DNA from: an uncultured Candidatus Bathyarchaeia archaeon
Lineage (GTDB): Archaea; Thermoproteota; Bathyarchaeia; Bathyarchaeales; Bathycorpusculaceae
Length of the DNA stretch: 64,000 nucleotides
Assembly (NCBI GenBank): GCA_964354625.1
Contig: CAYHAK010000003.1
Coordinates: 15,453 to 79,452 of the forward strand
Direction of reading: 5' to 3'
The notes below the pieces were generated by a model. The model had not been told where the DNA came from, did no database searches, and saw only the letters and a list, made by a program, of their open reading frames with translations. This document shows, in pieces, positions 57,975 through 64,000 of the stretch (positions within the stretch are counted from its first letter, which is position 1; every line of letters begins with the position of its first letter). Made by a program: the position numbers and the translations under genes.

Positions 57975-58601
57975 GTGGTTTATGTGGAAAAGCAAGCTCA
58001 AGGCGGTTACATGTGGGTTCCAGGCGCCACCACCGTAGGTGTCGTGTTCAAAGAAGGTGTTGTTCTCGCCTCTGAAAAGCGTGTTTCATACGGCAACATG
58101 ATCATGAGCAGAGGCGGAAAGAAGGTTTTCAAGTTAACCGCCCACATAGGCGCAGCCTGCGCTGGCCTCGTGTCCGACATGCAAATACTCGCAAGAGAAA
58201 TGGAAGCCTACACCAAACTGTTCGACCTAGACGTAGGCCGATCAATATCCGTCAGATCAGCAGCCAAACTCATGTCCAACCTGCTTTTCAGCCGAAGAAT
58301 GGCACCGCTGATCACGCAGACACTCGTAGGAGGCGTAGACGACGAAGGCCCATCCATCTTCGTGCTCGATGTCCTCGGCTCCGTCATTCCAGACAAATAT
58401 TCAGTCGTGGGCTCAGGAACCGAAATCGCCATAGGCGTCGTCGAAGAAGGCTACAAAGACAACCTCAGCATGGAAGAAGCCAAAGAACTCGCCACCAAAG
58501 CCATAAAATCCGCCATAAGCCGCGACGTCATGAGTGGCGACGGAATAGACTTCCTCATAATCACCAAGAACGAAGCCACCGAAGAATCGGTAAAATTCTA
58601 G
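57975..58601 (+). CDS. psmB: proteasome subunit beta
   Basis: A propeptide is followed by the TTVGVVFKEGVVLASEKR mature N-terminus (Thr nucleophile). Starts are GTG 57975 or ATG 58011; the latter gives a 6-aa propeptide. Confidence 0.92.
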   Translation: MVYVEKQAQGGYMWVPGATTVGVVFKEGVVLASEKRVSYGNMIMSRGGKKVFKLTAHIGAACAGLVSDMQILAREMEAYTKLFDLDVGRSISVRSAAKLMSNLLFSRRMAPLITQTLVGGVDDEGPSIFVLDVLGSVIPDKYSVVGSGTEIAIGVVEEGYKDNLSMEEAKELATKAIKSAISRDVMSGDGIDFLIITKNEATEESVKF

Positions 58602-58676
58602 ACACTGCTTGTCTTCAAAGGCTTAAACCCACTTCACCACTAACACTCTAGTCACTCATCAAATGGTGAACGCCAG

Positions 58677-59318
58677 TTGGCATTCCAGCTAACCCAGCAA
58701 GAAGGAGAAACCCTGGTCCAGCTCGCACGCAAAACCGTCGAACACTACTTAGCCACCAGAAAACGGCTCACCGCACCTGAAGGCACATCCGAAAAATTGA
58801 AACAGCCAAACGGCGTCTTCGTCACAATAAACAGGCTTCGCCACGGCGAAAAGGAACTCAGAGGCTGCATCGGTTACCCCTACCCGACCGAACCGCTCGT
58901 GCAGGCAGTGATCGACTCGGCCGTAAGCGCTGCCACCCAAGACCCCCGCTTCGAACCCCTCACCCTCAACGAACTCGACAACGTAGTTTTCGAAGTGAGC
59001 GTACTCACGCCTCCCCAGATCGTAGAAGCAAAGAAACCGACCGAATACCCTTCTAAGATCAAAGTTGGAACCGATGGACTGATTGTTGAAAGAGGCATGT
59101 TCAAGGGACTGCTGCTGCCTCAGGTCCCGATGGAATGGGAATGGAATGAAGAGGAATTCCTCTGCCAATGCTGCGGAAAGGCAGGTTTAACTCCAGACTG
59201 CTGGCTCATGAACGGCACTAAGATCTACAAGTTTTCGTGTATTATTGCACAAGAAATCAGTCCAAAGGGGCCTGTTGAGGTTACTGATATGCGGAAGGGA
59301 GAAACAAAGAAGCACTAG
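58677..59318 (+). CDS. AMMECR1-domain protein
   Basis: GVFVTI...LRGCIGYPYP...DPRF.PL motifs. TTG start. Confidence 0.88.
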   Translation: MAFQLTQQEGETLVQLARKTVEHYLATRKRLTAPEGTSEKLKQPNGVFVTINRLRHGEKELRGCIGYPYPTEPLVQAVIDSAVSAATQDPRFEPLTLNELDNVVFEVSVLTPPQIVEAKKPTEYPSKIKVGTDGLIVERGMFKGLLLPQVPMEWEWNEEEFLCQCCGKAGLTPDCWLMNGTKIYKFSCIIAQEISPKGPVEVTDMRKGETKKH

Positions 59319-59439
59319 GCTTCATCCTTCTGCTGTTGTGTCTCAGTTGACTGGGTAGTGCGGGGTTTCTGAGTGGTGGTCGGAGTCTCTCCGGATTCGG
59401 GGATGGGGTTGAAGAAAAGTTGCGATTTGAGGGGAGTAG

Positions 59440-59556
59440 GTGTGTTTGAATGCGGTTTCTAGGCGGTTGGAATTGTTGAAGCTTGAAGGATTAGGCCTTT
59501 CTCAACCTGAGATTGTGAAGGTTTTGACGGGGGGACGCGCCTGTTTCCAAAGCTAG
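59440..59556 (+). pseudogene. truncated helix-turn-helix fragment (38 codons)
   Basis: Hand translation: (V)CLNAVSRRLELLKLEGLGLSQPEIVKVLTGGRACFQS-stop. The pattern RR.E...L...GLSQ.EI...L resembles the first two helices of a mobile-element HTH, then breaks off. Confidence 0.3.
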
Positions 59557-59924
59557 TGCAGCGTGCCCTCGCCTTTGTTGTCTGTTATAATCTCTCCTCT
59601 TTTGTTTAAGATCCTGTTTCGGAGAAGCCCAAATCAGGCTCCTTTTTCGTTCAGTTTATTTAGCGCATATTTGTATTCTTCCAAAAAGTGCCCCGTTAGG
59701 CGAGTGTGGTTTTTGCCCCATTTTCTAATTCTCTTACCAGGAAACCATAAGCGTCTCACAACTACGCCACTCTTAATCCTAGTCACTCCTCTACATGGTA
59801 TTTTGACAGCAAAATGGCAATCCAGAAGCCTGTATCTTGTGTGTTGTCTGCCCCTCTCGCCTTTCAATCTTGACTCCAAAATTCTTTCAACCATCCCTTC
59901 ATCAATCCAAGCCTCCAAGTGTCG

Positions 59925-59940
59925 GCGCGCGCGCGCGCGC
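59925..59940. repeat. (GC)8 tract, the longest copy of the dispersed motif
   Basis: Read directly. The reverse strand reads GTAGCGCGCGCGCGCGCGCC. The 10-nt palindrome gcgcatgcgc follows at 59950-59959. Confidence 0.85.
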
Positions 59941-60221
59941 TACGTTAAAGCGCATGCGCGCTCCGCTTCCGAGGCGTGGAAACAAGCCTGCTTTTCGGTG
60001 CCTCATATGCCACGCCATAAAGCTGGTCAAAAGAGTGTGGCGATGTGACGTGTCAGGACCATTTTTATCCATAATGGCCACTATTGCCGTTGCTCTCTTT
60101 TCTTCGCTTCAACGTTGCATATGATACATCCAATCGTAAGAATGGCTGTCTTTAACGTTATAGAAGATCGTTTCACAAAGCATTTAAACAAAATCAAACT
60201 TAGAGTGAATTCTGCGAGATA

Positions 60222-61244
60222 TTGAAAAGGAAGATGGAGAAGGAGAGTATGACGTTAAGTAAGAGGACATTTTCTCTGCTTTCAGCTGCTATTCTGTTTT
60301 CCTTGATTGTAGCTCCAGCAAATGCTCAAGCCCTTGCCAACAAGGACCCTGACAATAGACGAGTAAGCTATGTGGGGGTAATGCCTGACGGGAAGACATA
60401 CGATTTCATCGTCAATGTTGACCCGTCTCCGGCATCCACTGCCATATACAGCAAGGCCGAAGAGGATCTGCTCAAAAAAGATTTCCCAACAACAGATGGA
60501 TGGACGTTCACAAACTCTACTGGCGAACTGCCTGGAAGTTTGGATGTGATCTACTATGACGCAGGTCTTGCTGAACAAGTAGGTGATGACCTCGAATGGG
60601 ACATCAACAACCACTTTCAGGTTGACTACTTCGGCGCACCGAGTCTGAATCCAGGATGGGTACTGCATTGGGTTCAATTCGTCTACACCAACTACCCAAT
60701 AGGTGATACTTCGCCGTACATTGACCCTACAACATGGAAGGGAGCGAAGAATTGGGAAGATGGTCTACCCTTCTATTGGACCAAGGACGAAAACAAATCG
60801 AATACGAACGCTGCTCCCGGCGTGAAGCTTAGGTTTACAGACCGTCCTGCGCGTCCCTTTGAAGAGGTTGTTAAAAGCTTTGGGCGTAAAGTCTTTTGGG
60901 AAGCGCACTTGTATCTAGCTATGTGGGATCAAAGCAAGAGCGTGACTATAGACTACAAAGGGATCAAGTGGGGCTTCAAGATAACAGCGCTCGAAACGAT
61001 CAAGGCAATTCCAGCAGGCGTAAAGAAATATACTCATGGGGGAGTAGCTGGGGACAAATATGATTGGGATCCAGGCGAGCGACTGAATGATACTTCCGTG
61101 GGCGGATACGTTGTCTTAGCCGATAAACCAGCCCTGTTGGCTCCCTACTTCGGCTTTGTTGGCTTAACCTCGGCGATCCTGGTCGCAACATTTGCAGGAG
61201 TAGTCTGGGCTAAGCGTGCCGCACGCAGAAAAGAGAAGCAATGA
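60222..61244 (+). CDS. secreted protein with signal peptide and C-terminal TM anchor / sorting-like tail
   Basis: Signal peptide FSLLSAAILFSLIVAPANAQA. The C-terminus is APYFGFVGLTSAILVATFAGVVWAKRAARRKEKQ. The middle is Trp/Tyr/Asp-rich with no family recognised. Starts are TTG 60222, ATG 60234 or ATG 60249. Confidence 0.7.
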   Translation: MKRKMEKESMTLSKRTFSLLSAAILFSLIVAPANAQALANKDPDNRRVSYVGVMPDGKTYDFIVNVDPSPASTAIYSKAEEDLLKKDFPTTDGWTFTNSTGELPGSLDVIYYDAGLAEQVGDDLEWDINNHFQVDYFGAPSLNPGWVLHWVQFVYTNYPIGDTSPYIDPTTWKGAKNWEDGLPFYWTKDENKSNTNAAPGVKLRFTDRPARPFEEVVKSFGRKVFWEAHLYLAMWDQSKSVTIDYKGIKWGFKITALETIKAIPAGVKKYTHGGVAGDKYDWDPGERLNDTSVGGYVVLADKPALLAPYFGFVGLTSAILVATFAGVVWAKRAARRKEKQ

Positions 61245-61296
61245 GAACCATCTATTTCAGTCCATCCTCCAACCTTTTTTTGCATGAAAACTAACA

Positions 61297-62160
61297 ATGA
61301 ATGTGAGGAACAAAGAGAAGCTGCTCGGAATGAAACAGAGGATTCGTGAACAGCAGGAAAGAAACAGTCGCCTAACCATCACGTTGGCGGCGGCGATTCT
61401 CACAGCCGTAATTGCCATTTCAAGCCTTGCAATATACTCGTGGCAGAACCCAAGCCAAACGATCACAGCGGGTCAACTAAGAGCGGCGATAGTTGACCAA
61501 GAAGGCCTTTCGCAATCAGGAGGCCCCAACTCCTACCTCATAGAAAACGCAACAAATGCTCTAGAACAAGATAACTACACCGTAGACTACTACCGGGGCG
61601 AGAAGGTTACCGTTGACTTCTACCGTAACTTGCCTGCGCTTGGCTACAGTCTGATCGTTCTCCGTGTTCATTCAGCGCCGCTCGTCAAGGATGGCAATGA
61701 GGTTCCCATAGTCAGCCTTTTTTCTTCTGAGCCGTACAGCAAGTCGAAATATGTTCTTGAGCAGCTCAATGATGAGGTGGTGACTGCAAGGTACTATGAG
61801 GGTTCGCCGGAGTATTTTGCTATAACGCCTGGCTTTGTTAGGAATTGCATGAGGGGCTCTTTCAATAATGCCACGGTCATCATGATGGGGTGTGATGGGC
61901 TGAAGTACAAGAGCACTGCAGAAGCTTTCATCGACAAGGGGGCAAGGGTCTACATTAGCTGGACGGGTCCGGTGCTGGCGGATCACACCGACTCTGCAGC
62001 CATGAACTTGCTTCAGCATCTGCTTTCGGATGGGAAGACCATAAAAGAGTCAGTAAGGCAGGCAAACGTCGAAGTGGGCCCTGATCCAGTCTACTACAGC
62101 CGCCTGGAGTACTTTCCGCTTGATGCGGGAGACCAGAGATTACCCAGTAATGGCGACTGA
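61297..62160 (+). CDS. N-terminally membrane-anchored protein with a clan-CD-like (caspase/gingipain-type) His/Cys arrangement
   Basis: TM helix LTITLAAAILTAVIAISSLAIYSW. Two hydrophobic strands end in His (SLIVLRVHSA) and Cys (ATVIMMGCDG). After the Cys comes AEAFIDKGARVYISWTG, as in C25-like domains. The assignment is tentative. Confidence 0.6.
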   Translation: MNVRNKEKLLGMKQRIREQQERNSRLTITLAAAILTAVIAISSLAIYSWQNPSQTITAGQLRAAIVDQEGLSQSGGPNSYLIENATNALEQDNYTVDYYRGEKVTVDFYRNLPALGYSLIVLRVHSAPLVKDGNEVPIVSLFSSEPYSKSKYVLEQLNDEVVTARYYEGSPEYFAITPGFVRNCMRGSFNNATVIMMGCDGLKYKSTAEAFIDKGARVYISWTGPVLADHTDSAAMNLLQHLLSDGKTIKESVRQANVEVGPDPVYYSRLEYFPLDAGDQRLPSNGD

Positions 62161-62462
62161 ACTGGAAAAGGAAGGCCTCCACTGGAGGCTAAGAGGCGCA
62201 CGCGCTGGCCTTAATTGAAGAAGCCTTGGCGGAACAAAAGGAAAGGGAGCGCGTGCCTGAAGTTGAGCGTCAGAAACTGAATGACTGAGAGAAGGCACAT
62301 GAAGGTCAAGCGTGAATGTCTAGATGACGGCGAGTTTTGGAAATGAGCAGACGAAGGTATTTCGATAGGCTGGAATGTAACGGCTGCATTTACAGGGGAA
62401 GCAGCTACTGCTGGGGTCAATGCCCATACAACATCTGGAAAAAAGAGCCCTACTGACCCGCC

Positions 62463-64000
62463 CTAGGGCCATTTTTGTCCGTAATGGCTTGTGCAGATGA
62501 CTACATCTAATATTGTGATTTCTCCGTCCTCGTTGAGGTCAGAGTCAGATCTAAACTGAGGGTCGCCGGTCCCAGATCCATACGCACTTGTTATTCTTAC
62601 TACGTCCAGAATAGTAACGTTAAAGTCACCATCAACGTCGCCGCGAATGGTAACGGTAACCGTGCCGTAAGTCAAACTGTTGTCAGTCGTGTTTGTTTCT
62701 CCAGGCACCGGAGTCACACATGCACTTACTATATAGCGAGCTTTGGCGAACCCCGTAGTGTTCCATGTGAAAACAACTGTCGTTGCGTTTCCGCTCTGCA
62801 AACCCAAGGCCTCCACATCATGTATGGTGTCGTTGACAAGAAGAGTTACGTTGGAAGCTTCATAGTAGTCTCCGTCGTTCCTTACGACTGCAGCAATTTC
62901 TATTGTTCTCCCTTCCTCGACAACTGTCTTCGTTGAATCAACGCTGTAGATTCTTAAGTCATGGCGAGGCGTGTATGCGAAACAAAGGACATTACCGTCG
63001 GTGGAGCCCACGTATACCCTATCGTTGACAACCGCGGGAGAAGACTCTGTGTGATGTGTTTCATCACTGCTCCAAATGGTTTTTCCAGTGGAGACATTCA
63101 AACATGAGATTGCGCTACCTCCCACGTAAATCTTGTCCTCGGCAATAGCAGGAGCCGAAGCTGGACCACCCCTAGCTGCGCTGCGCCAAAGCTCCTGACC
63201 CGTATAAGCGTTGACACAGTGAACGCACGGACCACAGGCAATATACACTCTGCCGTTTAAGACCGCCGCACAACCAGCTGTTGGGCGCGAGTATGGATAG
63301 AAGCTCCAGACGAGTTCACCAGTTGAAGCATCTAGGCAATAGAAATTGCCATGGACGTTGCTGCCGTTTCCATCGGAGCCAATATAAACATTTCCGTAGG
63401 CGATAGAAGGAGACGACAAAACTAGGCCTTCAGTTGTAAACCTCCAGATAATCTGGCCTGTTGTTGCGTCAAGACAGTAGCTATCATTGCCGCCACCTAT
63501 GTAAACTCTGTCATTGACGACTGAAGGTGAAGACAGGACAAACATAGCTCCTGTTATCTGACGCCAGACCAGATGCCCTGTTGAAGCGTTGAGACAGTAT
63601 GTGTAGCCATCGTGAGACCCTACGTATACCAAACCTTTCGATACAGCAGGCGAAGACTGAATACTCGCACCAGTGTGATATGACCAATTCAGTACCCCTG
63701 TTGTTGCGTCAAGGCAATACAGATTATGGTCACCTGATCCAACATAGACCATGCCATTGACAACTGATGGCGAAGATCTTACTCCCCAACCACCAGTCTG
63801 GTAATACCAGACGAGATCGCCTGTCGTCGAATTTAGACAGTACACTTTGCTATTGTCTGACCCCACAAAAACTAAGCCATCGACAACGGCTGGAGAAGAA
63901 CGAACAGAGCCTCCTGTGGGATAAGCCCACGCTATGTCATTCGTATCTGGTCCACTTGAAGTCGAAAATCCGCTATGGGTTAAATCGTGGTGGAACGTTG
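62463..64000 (-). CDS. PQQ-like beta-propeller / CARDB-like / dockerin-repeat surface protein (N-terminus beyond the window)
   Basis: At least 7 repeats of [VLF]YC[LV][ND]A.TG...W. A CARDB-like segment follows (IEIAAVVRNDGDY...VVFTWNT). Two dockerin-type Ca loops come last (GDVDGDFNVTILDVV and DLNEDGEITILDVV). The frame stays open to position 64000. Confidence 0.85.
   Translation of the reverse strand, partial: TFHHDLTHSGFSTSSGPDTNDIAWAYPTGGSVRSSPAVVDGLVFVGSDNSKVYCLNSTTGDLVWYYQTGGWGVRSSPSVVNGMVYVGSGDHNLYCLDATTGVLNWSYHTGASIQSSPAVSKGLVYVGSHDGYTYCLNASTGHLVWRQITGAMFVLSSPSVVNDRVYIGGGNDSYCLDATTGQIIWRFTTEGLVLSSPSIAYGNVYIGSDGNGSNVHGNFYCLDASTGELVWSFYPYSRPTAGCAAVLNGRVYIACGPCVHCVNAYTGQELWRSAARGGPASAPAIAEDKIYVGGSAISCLNVSTGKTIWSSDETHHTESSPAVVNDRVYVGSTDGNVLCFAYTPRHDLRIYSVDSTKTVVEEGRTIEIAAVVRNDGDYYEASNVTLLVNDTIHDVEALGLQSGNATTVVFTWNTTGFAKARYIVSACVTPVPGETNTTDNSLTYGTVTVTIRGDVDGDFNVTILDVVRITSAYGSGTGDPQFRSDSDLNEDGEITILDVVICTSHYGQKWP

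Overview
The window is an archaeal chromosomal segment, roughly 50-55% GC by eye, with about 70 protein genes packed on both strands. I recognised no rRNA, tRNA or CRISPR array.

**Recognisable content**
- Information processing: FEN1, the Zn-ribbon/aEF-1beta pair, Cdc48, RpoK, thermosome, histone, r-proteins S17e/S25e/S26e, proteasome beta, TruD, Trm5, Pth2 and RtcA.
- Metabolism: pyrF, pyrC, glmS, thrC, trpB2, guaA subunit B, an aminotransferase/glyoxylate reductase/glycerate kinase module, cofE and nadM.
- Redox: an hdrA-hdrC-hdrB-acyl-CoA dehydrogenase operon facing etfBA.
- A run of three CBS-domain genes.
- An accessory-looking 3' end (56.9-64 kb) with a decayed integrase, an HTH remnant and three surface or secreted proteins.

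**Most unusual signals**
1. An alternating-GC tract occurs at about 12 loci, usually as [T/A]AGCGCGCGCG, mostly outside intact genes. Several copies sit exactly at broken gene ends: a metE-like deletion junction, the 5' edge of a surface-protein fragment, the integrase 3' end, and just upstream of a DUF371 gene.
2. Two conserved genes, rpoK and the DUF371-like gene, have no ATG/GTG/TTG upstream of their conserved N-terminal motifs.
3. hdrACB is physically linked to an acyl-CoA dehydrogenase and ETF.
4. A membrane-anchored protein with a clan-CD-like His/Cys arrangement lies next to a secreted protein carrying a C-terminal sorting-like anchor.

All family calls come from motif recognition by eye and from memory. 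No database search was run, and start codons are often uncertain.
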